The position numbers and the translations under genes are program-made. Below the pieces are notes generated by a model. It made no database searches, was not told the origin of the DNA, and saw only the letters and a list, made by a program, of their open reading frames with translations. From contig CAXULY010000056.1 in the NCBI GenBank assembly GCA_964252075.1, forward strand, positions 1 to 29,030: a stretch of DNA of 29,030 nt, read 5' to 3'. This stretch comes from an uncultured Deinococcaceae bacterium. Lineage in GTDB: Bacteria > Deinococcota > Deinococci > Deinococcales > Deinococcaceae. Of this stretch, positions 8,036 to 16,204 are shown piece by piece; position 1 is the stretch's first letter; every line of letters begins with the position of its first letter.

Positions 8036-8439
8036 ATGCGCCACCCCATCATCAAGTCCCTGATCGCCGCCGCCGCCCTGTCGACCGCCACCCTGTCCAT
8101 CGCTTCCGCCGCGACGCTCCCCCCACCCAGGTGTACTTCACGAACACCAGCGACGTGAGCGGCACCGTGGACGTGTACGTGGACGGCGTCAAGACCGCCA
8201 GCGACCTCTTCAACAATACCCCCTCGATGTTCCCCGCCAGCCTCGCCTCCGGTGAGCACCAGATCGTGGTGACCAAGGCGGGTGCGGCGCTGGGCGCGGC
8301 GGACCTGGCGAGCGGCACCTTGAACATCCCCGCGGGCGGCACGTACACCGTTAACCTGGAGAACGTCACGAAGGCAAACACCGGGAACCTCGTGCTCGGC
8401 TACACTCTGGACCTCACGCAGGGCAGCGACAGCCAGTAA
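8036..8439 (+). pseudogene. Secreted DUF4397-like protein, copy 1, frameshifted in a C6 run
   Basis: The ATG 8036 frame gives signal peptide MRHPIIKSLIAAAALSTATLSIASA. The mature domain (TQVYFTNTSDVSGTVDVYVDG...) is in another frame. One extra C at 8119-8124 restores ...ATLPPTQVYF. Sequencing error is possible. Confidence 0.8.
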
Positions 8440-8658
8440 CACCATCGGCCTGACCGCCCAGGTGACGTCCTCCTCCTGCGCCATCTGGGCCTTTGAGGTC
8501 TTTGCAAGTTGCAATGAGTCGTTCCCCGAGGGTCCTTCACGTCCTCGCAGGCACGCTGAGCCTGTTATCCGCGATCTTTCTTGGAAGTTCTTCCACCCCG
8601 CCGCTCCTGAAAGCGCGACGTTCAAACCTCCGTCCCCTTCATTTCTCCCGAGGTCCGC

Positions 8659-8865
8659 ATGCCCAAATGGCCGTACCTGCTGCTGCCGCTGGCGCTCGTG
8701 ATCGCCGCGGCGCCCTTCCTCCCCTCCTCTGACCGCGCCTCCGGTGGTTTCGGCGGTCGTGACGGCGGACCCGGTAAGTTCGCGCCCGACCAGAGACCGC
8801 CGAGCGCGCAGCCTGGTGCGTCCAGCAGCGGCGCCAGCACCTCCGCCGCGCCCACCACCCGGTAG
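8659..8865 (+). CDS. Small secreted or membrane-anchored low-complexity protein (68 aa)
   Basis: GAGG RBS; hydrophobic N-terminus WPYLLLPLALVIAAAPFLP followed by a Gly/Ser/Pro-rich tail. Confidence 0.62.
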   Translation: MPKWPYLLLPLALVIAAAPFLPSSDRASGGFGGRDGGPGKFAPDQRPPSAQPGASSSGASTSAAPTTR

Positions 8866-8890
8866 CCCCACCGGAGTGCAGGAGTCCCGC

Positions 8891-9118
8891 ATGACCGATA
8901 CGCCGCCCGAGGCCACCACCTCCCGTCGTCGCGCCCCGCGCTTCCACCACGCCCGCGCCACCCTCACGCTGCTCCTGGTGAGCGCCGCCTACCTCGGGTA
9001 CTGCGCCGTCGAAGCCAGCCATCCCCAGCAACGCGGTAGCCCGGACTTCCAGCGCCCCGGTGCCACCGGGCAATCCACCCAGAACGGCGGCGCGTCCGCT
9101 GATGGAGGTGCAAGATGA
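8891..9118 (+). CDS. Small single-TM protein (75 aa)
   Basis: AGGAG RBS before ATG 8891; basic stretch, TM segment TLTLLLVSAAYLGYCAV, disordered tail; stop overlaps the next ATG (ATGA). Confidence 0.65.
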   Translation: MTDTPPEATTSRRRAPRFHHARATLTLLLVSAAYLGYCAVEASHPQQRGSPDFQRPGATGQSTQNGGASADGGAR

Positions 9119-9771
9119 CCACCCAGGCGCCCACGCCCACCCCGGCGCGCGGCACGCGCACCTCACCTCTGAACATAGCCCTCATCTCGGTGCTGCTGGC
9201 GTTGCTGCTCGCCGCGTGGCTGCTCTCCTGGCGCGGCACCCTCACCGGCGCGTGGCCGCACGTCCTGCTGAACCAGTCTGGCACCTTCTCCTACCTGCTG
9301 CTGGCCCTCGCCTGCACCCTTGGCCCCTTGATCGGCACGCGCTTCCTCCCACAGTGGCTCAATGCAGGCATGAAGACCGGCTGGCACGGCGTCATCGCCG
9401 GGTTCGCCCTCGTCACTGGGGCCATCCATGGCGCGTTCGCGACGGTCGCGGAGGACATGACGGTCGTGGCGGTCATCGTGCCGGGCCTGGCGGACAACCG
9501 CGTGTGGGCCATGGCGGTGGGAACCATCGGGCTGTGGACGATGCTGGTCGTGTACGTGACGTACGCGCTGCGCGGGCGAATCGGCATGCGGGCGGCGCGG
9601 GCGCTGCACCTGCTCGCGTACGTGGCCTTCGTGACGAGCACCCTGCACAGCGTGTGGCTGGGGCATGGGGGCGTCTCGCCGCTGTACGTGCTGTGCAGCC
9701 TGGCGGTCGGTGTCGCGCTCACCGTGCGCCTCCTCACCCTCGCAAAACGACCCCTTCGCTCCGCCCGCTGA
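9115..9771 (+). CDS. Ferric reductase-like (MsrQ/YedZ-type) heme-binding transmembrane protein
   Basis: About six TM helices with His pairs H-x13-H (WHGVIAGFALVTGAIH) and H-x12-H (LHLLAYVAFVTSTLH). Confidence 0.82.
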   Translation: MTTQAPTPTPARGTRTSPLNIALISVLLALLLAAWLLSWRGTLTGAWPHVLLNQSGTFSYLLLALACTLGPLIGTRFLPQWLNAGMKTGWHGVIAGFALVTGAIHGAFATVAEDMTVVAVIVPGLADNRVWAMAVGTIGLWTMLVVYVTYALRGRIGMRAARALHLLAYVAFVTSTLHSVWLGHGGVSPLYVLCSLAVGVALTVRLLTLAKRPLRSAR

Positions 9772-9775
9772 CTCC

Positions 9776-10785
9776 ATGGAGTCGCAACCACAATCGTCCG
9801 TTGAAAGCCATGCGGACATGGCCTCCGATGTCGTGACCGCCACCGCTGACCTCCTGGAGGTCCTGAGTGAAGAGCAGCGCACCCAGCTGCTCTTTGCCTT
9901 CACATCACCTCCCGTTGCCACCGCCGCCTTCTTCCAGGGGGCCCACCCACACCTTGACGTTTGTGGGGGAGCGGTCCGGCGAGGCGCTCTGGTCGAACTT
10001 CCCCGTCAGCGACGTCCCCCGTCCTGGCCTCCCCCTTTGGGGCCATGACCGACGACCAGCGCCAGGCCGTCATGGCGGTGCTCGCGGCACTCCTCAGCCC
10101 CACTGGCCTCCATAGGATTATCGACATCATGGGGGCTGACGATGCCCTTGCGCAGAGCCACCTGCCGTAGGCGACCGGCACGCCAAGCGCCACCACGCCC
10201 TGGATGCTGCACTTCGGCGGGCACCACCTGGCCTTCAACGCAGTGATGAGCGATGAGCGGACCACCCTCACGCCCCTGTTTGCGGGGTGCCATCCGGCCA
10301 CGTACCAGCGCGGCGGCCAGGAGGTACGCCCCCTCGGTCGAGAGCTTTGGCATTCCAGCTGCTTGAGGCCCTGAGCCTGGAGCAGCGGCGGGAGGCCACG
10401 CTTGTTCCGCCCGTCCACGACCTGCTCCTGGGACTAGGGAACGACGGGCGGCTGTTGCCTCAGGTGGGGCTCTCTGGCAGGGACATGACCCAGGTGCAGC
10501 AGGTCCTGCTGCTGCACCTGCTCGGGCAGTGGGTGGGGTGCTGAACGACCGGGACGCCGCTCCGAAACGCGCGCGCATCAAGGCGCAGGTTCAGGACATC
10601 ACCTTTGCGTGGTGCGCGCGGGGAGATCGGCCCGGTCCGCTGTACTTTCGCATTGCAGGCCCCTCCGTGCTGATTGAATTCGCGCATCAACAGGCGGACC
10701 GCATGGGGGTGAAGTGCAAGCGGGCAGTCTGAACCACATTCACTCGGTGTACCGCTCCCGCTTGGGCGACAACGGTCGTGAATGA
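9776..10785 (+). pseudogene. DUF3500-domain protein, multiply disrupted
   Basis: Family-like motifs occur in order across shifting frames: LSEEQRTQLLFAF, WSNFP, LLSPTG, PWMLHFGGHHLAFN, LYFRIAGPSVLIEF, NHIHSVYR. Several frameshifts and stops (e.g. TAG 10168-10170). Confidence 0.78.
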
Positions 10786-10983
10786 CAAGCGTGCAGGCTG
10801 GTCGTCATGGCGGCACCTCCCTCGACAGCCCCTTCTGCTGACGGCCATCCCGCCCCACAACGCTTCAGCGCCGCATGATCGCTTCGTGTGGCGCTGAAGT
10901 TGTTCGTGCGAGTGTGCGGAAAACTGCAAGGTGATGGGCCATCCAGAGGAGGTTGGACGCCTCGTCCTGTGTCTCTCGAAGGA

Positions 10984-11030
10984 ATGGGAGGGGCAGGGGG
11001 GCCACCCTTCGGCCCCCCTGCCCCTCCCAT
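10984..11030 (-). terminator. Perfect 20-bp stem-loop just after the tannase-like stop codon
   Basis: atgggaggggcaggggggcc-acccttc-ggcccccctgcccctcccat, 4 nt from the stop codon. Confidence 0.72.
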
Positions 11031-11034
11031 GACC

Positions 11035-12534
11035 CTACTGGCCTGACTGCGACACGACCTGGTCCATCCAAGCGAAGAGCTCGGGCAGGTCGTAGTCCCC
11101 GCCGTGCCCCTGGTTCCACGGCATCGTGTAATCCACGCTCGCCCCGGTGTTCATCAGCTTCGTCGAGAGGATCGCTGAGACCGCCGGGGACGTGTCGCGG
11201 TCCGCGGTGCCTGCCCGAATGCGCCAGTACTTCGCCGTCTGCGTGTCCGCTGCGCCGATGTAGTTCATGGGGTTCATCAGCCGCACTGTCTGCGCGAGTG
11301 CGGACGCCGCGCTCACCGTGCTGTGCTGCGCGCTGTACGCCGTGAAGTGCCGCGCATTCACCAGGGTCGTGCCGAACTCGTCGTTCTCTGCGTTCTCCAA
11401 GCCCAGCCCGTCGAAGGCGGCCGGGGTCTTCATACGGCCCGCCGCTTTCGCGTACGCGTCGAAGTCCACGCGCGTGACCTTGCCGTTCTCCACCGTCAGC
11501 CACGACAGCTTCGAGAGGTCCTGCCCGGCGTCCAGTGCCCCCTGCGCGGACGCCTGAAGGAACGACGCCAAATACGTCTTGAAGGAGCCGTTGCCCTGCG
11601 CGTCCAGCGTGAGCGCCTGACCGTTCCCCTGGAGGTTCAAGCTGTTCAGGTAATCGGAGAACAGCGCCTTCAGGTCGTTCGAGGCCGCCATCTGGTCCGC
11701 GGTCAGGGTGCCGGGCACGAAGGTGCGCTGGAGACCGAAGCTGGTGTCCTTAATGATGAGCAGCTTGGTGTACGTGTTGACGCCATTGAACTGCCACTCG
11801 TAGGCGGCGTCAGCGTGCTCCAGGTTTGTGATGGGGCAGTAACTGGACACCGCGAAAACGTCGTCGCGTGCGTCCGCCGCCCCGAGCGCCTTCAGGTACG
11901 GCTCGTACTCGCGGTTGTTGCCTGTTGCGCCCAGCAGGGCGGAGAGCGCCCCGCCCGCGCTGGTGCCGTTCGAGATGATCTTCTCGGCAGTTCCAGGCAT
12001 GACGGCGTCATTCAAGTGCAGGTACCGGACGGCGGCCTTGAGATCCACGATCGCGGCGGGCGCCTTCCCGATGTACTCCCCGAGGGCGTTCTGGGTGGTG
12101 CGACCGCGCGCGCCAGGGGACGCGACGACGTACCCCTTGGACAGCGCGAGCAGGATGGCGTTCGGGCCGCCCTGACCGGGACCGGCCTGATCTGAGCCGA
12201 CCTGCGGTGTGCCGGGTTCGGCGGGCATGTACCCGCCCACGTTGTTCGGGAGGAAGATCGGCGCGGTCTGCGCGTCGTACTTCCCAATGGTGCCGCCCGT
12301 GAAGTACGCCTCGGGGATGTAGATGTTCATGCTTTCCAGCGTGGCGTCCTCGGGCTTGCGAACATACACCACATGCTCGTACGCGCGGTACTGGATGGAC
12401 GTGCCGTTCACGGTCGTGGTGATGGTGTGGTAGGGCTGCGACGCGAAGTTGAGGTCGTACGTCTTGGTGGGGGCGGCGGTGGCGGAGCTCAGCAGCAGGG
12501 CCGAGCCAACCAGCCAGAACTTGAGTGTGGGCAC
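11035..12534 (-). CDS. Secreted subtype B tannase-like alpha/beta hydrolase (499 aa)
   Basis: Start reassigned to GTG 12534 (GAGG RBS; signal peptide PTLKFWLVGSALLLSSATAA). Motifs APIFLPNNVGGY, PGARGR, KAPAAIVDLKAAVRYL, GTSAGG (Ser), YCPITNLEHADAAYEW, WRIRAGTADRDTS (Asp), GHGGDYD (His). Confidence 0.87.
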   Translation of the reverse strand: MPTLKFWLVGSALLLSSATAAPTKTYDLNFASQPYHTITTTVNGTSIQYRAYEHVVYVRKPEDATLESMNIYIPEAYFTGGTIGKYDAQTAPIFLPNNVGGYMPAEPGTPQVGSDQAGPGQGGPNAILLALSKGYVVASPGARGRTTQNALGEYIGKAPAAIVDLKAAVRYLHLNDAVMPGTAEKIISNGTSAGGALSALLGATGNNREYEPYLKALGAADARDDVFAVSSYCPITNLEHADAAYEWQFNGVNTYTKLLIIKDTSFGLQRTFVPGTLTADQMAASNDLKALFSDYLNSLNLQGNGQALTLDAQGNGSFKTYLASFLQASAQGALDAGQDLSKLSWLTVENGKVTRVDFDAYAKAAGRMKTPAAFDGLGLENAENDEFGTTLVNARHFTAYSAQHSTVSAASALAQTVRLMNPMNYIGAADTQTAKYWRIRAGTADRDTSPAVSAILSTKLMNTGASVDYTMPWNQGHGGDYDLPELFAWMDQVVSQSGQ

Positions 12535-12635
12535 AACAAAAACCTCGGGGTGAAAGAGGGGCGGAAGGTGGGTGGTTTCGGCGACATGGGCGGGTGTGGT
12601 TCGTGCGAGCCCACCCCGCCCGACGTTGCATGCGC

Positions 12636-12690
12636 AGGATGGCCTTGAGGTGTAAAGAACCCGAGTAGGGCTGCAGTAGGTGTGGCGTAG
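12636..12690 (-). promoter_or_regulatory. 11-bp direct-repeat array plus weak -10 (P5), upstream of the tannase-like gene
   Basis: Minus strand: ctacgccacac|ctactgcagcc|ctactcgggtt|ctttac-N10-CATCCT. Confidence 0.68.
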
Positions 12691-12782
12691 GCGCCACGCT
12701 CGGCCCACTGAAGGCCCTTCGGACAGGCGGCAAATGGGGCGCCTTCTGCAGCTTCGGACCGCCTGCGACGGCCTTGCTGGTT

Positions 12783-12935
12783 CTACTCGAGTTCTTCACA
12801 GGGCCTACTCGGGGCGTGAACGGGGTGCGGGCAGACTCACGTCAGGTGAGCTGGACACACCGCCACCCCCCAAGAGCAGCCTCCCACCCACCGCCCCTCC
12901 CCGGCGCCCATGAGCGCCCCGAAAGGATCCCCACC
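12783..12935 (+). promoter_or_regulatory. Repeat-array promoter (P6) plus conserved leader, copy 2
   Basis: ctactcgagtt|cttcacagggc|ctactcggggc|gtgaac-N10-CAGACT (12832-12837); leader nearly identical to copy 3. Confidence 0.8.
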
Positions 12936-13331
12936 ATGCGCCACCCCATCAAAGTCCTGATCGCCGCCGCCCACGTGCCCGCCGCGTCCGCCCAGAGCCT
13001 CCCCGGCGCGACCACGCAGGTGTACTTCACCAACACCAGCGACGTCTCCGGCACGGTGGACGTGTACGTGGACGGCGTGAAGACGGCGACCAACATCTTC
13101 AACAACACGCCCTCGATGTTCCCCACGACGATCGCTTCGGGCGAGCATCAGATCGTGATCACCAAGGCGGGGGTGCCGCTGGGTCAGGCGGACGTGGTGT
13201 CGGGGACACTGAACATTCCGGCGGGCGGCACGTACACCGTGGACCTGGAGAACGTGACGAGCGCGAGCACCATGAACACCGTGCAGGGCTTCACCCTCGA
13301 CCTCACCCAGGGCAACCCCGATAACGAGTAA
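12936..13331 (+). CDS. DUF4397-like protein, copy 2 (131 aa; shortened signal peptide)
   Basis: RBS GAAAGGA; MRHPIKVLIAAAHVPAASA then TQVYFTNTSDVSGTVDVYVDG...GGTYTV; paralog of copies 1 and 3. Confidence 0.85.
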   Translation: MRHPIKVLIAAAHVPAASAQSLPGATTQVYFTNTSDVSGTVDVYVDGVKTATNIFNNTPSMFPTTIASGEHQIVITKAGVPLGQADVVSGTLNIPAGGTYTVDLENVTSASTMNTVQGFTLDLTQGNPDNE

Positions 13332-13346
13332 GGCGCACCTTCCCCT

Positions 13347-13386
13347 CCCGATCGGCGGCCTCCTCCCCGCCGGTCGGGCCTTTTTT
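13347..13386 (+). terminator. Rho-independent terminator after copy 2
   Basis: cccgatcggcgg / ccgccggtcggg stem followed by cc and T6. Confidence 0.8.
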
Positions 13387-13588
13387 GACTTTTCCTCCTG
13401 GTAGATGTCGTGGCGTCGCCCGCATGGAGGATCATCCTGCGCGGAGCGAACCCATCCGCCGGAAAACGAGACCGTCAAGCCAAAGCGCCGCTCGCCGCCG
13501 CGCGCACCGCTACCACCGACGTTCTGTACCCAAACCAGCGCCGTGTGCAGTGCGAGCACCAGAGAAGCCATGGGTTTATCTGGTGGCC

Positions 13589-13915
13589 ATGGCTTGGTCG
13601 GTCTTCCTTCACCCGCGGCTCGACCGCCCCTCGCGGACAGCGAGGGGCCTCAGCCTGACCGCCTGGTTAAGTCTCACGGCCATACGGAACACCACCGCGT
13701 ATGGCAAGCCGCATCAATGAGCACCAGCAGCTGTCCGCCCGCACCGTGACCCGCCACGTGCAGCGCCTCACCGCCCTGGGCTTGGTGCGTCACAGCACGG
13801 ACCTCGCGAACTTGCGCTGGTCGAGGTTGCACGTCACAAACAGGGGGTGGGCCGTGCGCCGGGAGGCGGACCTCAGGTTGGAAGGCGCCCTCCAGCAGGT
13901 ACTCTGCAATCCTTA
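13589..13915 (+). pseudogene. MarR-family winged-helix regulator remnant (limits approximate)
   Basis: GLSLTAWLSLTAI in one frame, a frameshift near 13700, then LSARTVTRHVQRLTALGLVRHSTDLANLRWSRLHVTNRG, a degenerate MarR wing. Confidence 0.6.
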
Positions 13916-14016
13916 CGCCTGCCGTTCGCGCACCCTCGCTAACGTTTCAGGAGCGTCACGGCCATGCCGCAGGAGCTGCACAACGAAGCGGTGGTCGAGT
14001 GCAGATGACCTGCGCC

Positions 14017-14064
14017 AGGGTGCCCATCTCAGCGGCCCGTCAGGGCCGCTGAGATGGGCACCCT
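14017..14064. repeat. Perfect 22-bp inverted repeat with 4-nt loop
   Basis: agggtgcccatctcagcggccc-gtca-gggccgctgagatgggcaccct. Confidence 0.9.
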
Positions 14065-14275
14065 TCGATGCATCTTGGTGAATTGCGCGGCCCACGAGCG
14101 CGTCAGAACCTTCTACAGCTGGGCGAGCCAGCGGAAGACGAGCGGCACCGATGGCACCTGTCGGTCCTCTCGGGCAAACAGGTGCCATGGGCCGCGTCCA
14201 CCCTGAGAAGGTTGCCTTCGAGCGAAGGGTTGTTCGCCCGGGCCGAGGGCTGTTCTGAAGTTCGCTCACGCCATT

Positions 14276-14341
14276 TGATTGATCCTTGACATCTGTGATT
14301 GATTGCGCGCATACTCTGGAGGAAGAAGACATAATCAATCA
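14276..14341 (+). promoter_or_regulatory. Sigma70-type promoter and candidate DeoR operator for the sugar operon
   Basis: TTGACA (14286)-N18-CATACT (14310). TGATTGAT at 14276 and 14296 and its inverse ATCAATCA at 14334, in an AT-rich patch. Confidence 0.62.
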
Positions 14342-14378
14342 GTAACGCTCACCCGCTGAGACAGCGGCGGAGGACCCC

Positions 14379-15341
14379 TTGCAGTACGCCACGCGCCTCA
14401 ACTCCCTGAAATCCCGGCCGGAGCTCTTCTTCCCGCCTGGGCAGCTCACCACCCTCGACCTGCTGCGCCGCGCCACGCACATCCAGGGCCTCAACTCGCT
14501 CAGCCTGAACTACCCCGAGCACTTCACGGACACCACCGTCCGCGACATCCGCGCCTTCCTAAGCGACGCGGGCCTCGGCCTCGACAGCCTCAACATCCGC
14601 TTCCCCGCCGGTCAGTTCGGGGACGGCGGCTTCACCCACCCTGACCGCAGCGTCCGCCAGGCCGCCGTGGACCTCACCTGCCGCGCCATCGACGCCTGCC
14701 TCGAACTCGGGGGACGGGACATCATCGTGTGGCCCGGCTATGACGGCTTTGACTACGCCTTCCAGGACAACTACGCCCGCATGTTCGACGACACCGTCGA
14801 GGCGCTCAGCATGATCGCCGCGCACAACCGTGAGGCGCGCATCGGCGTCGAGTACAAGCCCTGGGAGCCCCGCAAGCACTCCCTGCTCGCCAACATGGGG
14901 GAAACGCTCCTCGCGGTGAGCGCCGTGAACGCCGAGAACCTGGGCGTCGTCCTGGACTACTGCCACACCCTGATGGCCAACGAGCACCCACCGAAGGCGG
15001 CGGCGCTGGCACTCCACCAGCACAAGCTCTTCGGCGTGCACCTGAACGACGGCTACGGGCGGCAGGACGACGGCCTGATGGTCGGCACGGCCTCCCTCGT
15101 CACCACCGTCGAACTGCTCGTCACGCTGATCCGCCACGACTACCGCGGCTCCATCTACTTCGATACGTTCCCCATCCGCGAGGACCCGATCCGAGAATGC
15201 GAGTGGAACATCCGCATCAGCGAACGCCTCCTGCGCCTCGCCCGCGACGTGGCCGCCAGCACCCCCAGCACCGAGCACGACCCGTTCACGGTCACCCGTG
15301 TGATCGAGCGCCTGCTCGCCCCGGAGCACGTCCATGGCTGA
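14379..15341 (+). CDS. Xylose isomerase-like TIM-barrel sugar isomerase/epimerase
   Basis: TTG start after GGAGGA; WPGYDGFDY, EYKPWEPR, LDYCH, GVHLND, DDGL metal-ligand motifs. Confidence 0.88.
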   Translation: MQYATRLNSLKSRPELFFPPGQLTTLDLLRRATHIQGLNSLSLNYPEHFTDTTVRDIRAFLSDAGLGLDSLNIRFPAGQFGDGGFTHPDRSVRQAAVDLTCRAIDACLELGGRDIIVWPGYDGFDYAFQDNYARMFDDTVEALSMIAAHNREARIGVEYKPWEPRKHSLLANMGETLLAVSAVNAENLGVVLDYCHTLMANEHPPKAAALALHQHKLFGVHLNDGYGRQDDGLMVGTASLVTTVELLVTLIRHDYRGSIYFDTFPIREDPIRECEWNIRISERLLRLARDVAASTPSTEHDPFTVTRVIERLLAPEHVHG

Positions 15342-16194
15342 CGTTCTGGTCCTCGGCAGCATCCACCTCGACCGCATGGTGCGGGTGCAGCGCCTGCCGC
15401 ATCCCGGCGAGACCATCATCGCCCTGGACACCTGGACGCAACTGGGCGGCAAAGCCGCCAACCAGGCGGTGGCGAGCGCCGCCTTGCACCCGACGCGCCT
15501 CGCCGCGTGCATCGGGCGTGACGCGGACGGCGATCAGGTCCGCGCGGTCCTGCGCCGCCACGACGTGGACGCCCACCTGCGCGTGTCCACCTCGCAGGCG
15601 ACCGGCAGCAGCGTCGCGCTGATCGACGCGGACGGCGAGAACGTCGGCATCATCGCGCCCGCCGCGAACTCCGAACTGGCGCCCGAGGACGTGCTGCCCC
15701 TGCTGGACGCGCCGCGCCCCGCCCTGCTCCTGTGCCAGTGGGAGACGCCGCTGCGCACCCTCGAAGCGGCGCTGCGCGCCGCCGCGCACCTCGGCATCCC
15801 CACCCTGATGAACGCCGCACCGTGGCGCCACGAGTACCGCCCCCTGCTGCCCCTCGCCACGCACGTCATCGTGAACGCCGTGGAGGCCGCCGAGTGGGTC
15901 GCGCGGGACGTGCACGGCTCACCCGAACACCTGCCCTTCCAGCACCCGAACGTCACCGTCACCCTGGGCGCGCGCGGCGCCAGCCATTACCTGGGCGGCC
16001 AGCTCGTCGCCCATCAGGCCGCGCCGCGCGTCACGGCGCACTCCACCCACGGGGCGGGCGATCACTTCGCGGGGACGCTCGCCGCGCACCTCGCGAGCGG
16101 CGCGCACCTCGATCACGCGTTGCGCGGCGCGGGGGACGCCGCCGCCCGGTTCGTTCAGGTGCTCCACAAACCCGACCTCCACACGCAGCCTTAA
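15334..16194 (+). CDS. PfkB/ribokinase-family carbohydrate kinase
   Basis: VLGSIHLD, LPHPGETI, GGKAANQA, VTLGARG and the anion-hole motif GAGD (STHGAGDHF). Confidence 0.9.
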   Translation: MADVLVLGSIHLDRMVRVQRLPHPGETIIALDTWTQLGGKAANQAVASAALHPTRLAACIGRDADGDQVRAVLRRHDVDAHLRVSTSQATGSSVALIDADGENVGIIAPAANSELAPEDVLPLLDAPRPALLLCQWETPLRTLEAALRAAAHLGIPTLMNAAPWRHEYRPLLPLATHVIVNAVEAAEWVARDVHGSPEHLPFQHPNVTVTLGARGASHYLGGQLVAHQAAPRVTAHSTHGAGDHFAGTLAAHLASGAHLDHALRGAGDAAARFVQVLHKPDLHTQP

Positions 16195-16204
16195 AGGAGC
16201 CCGC

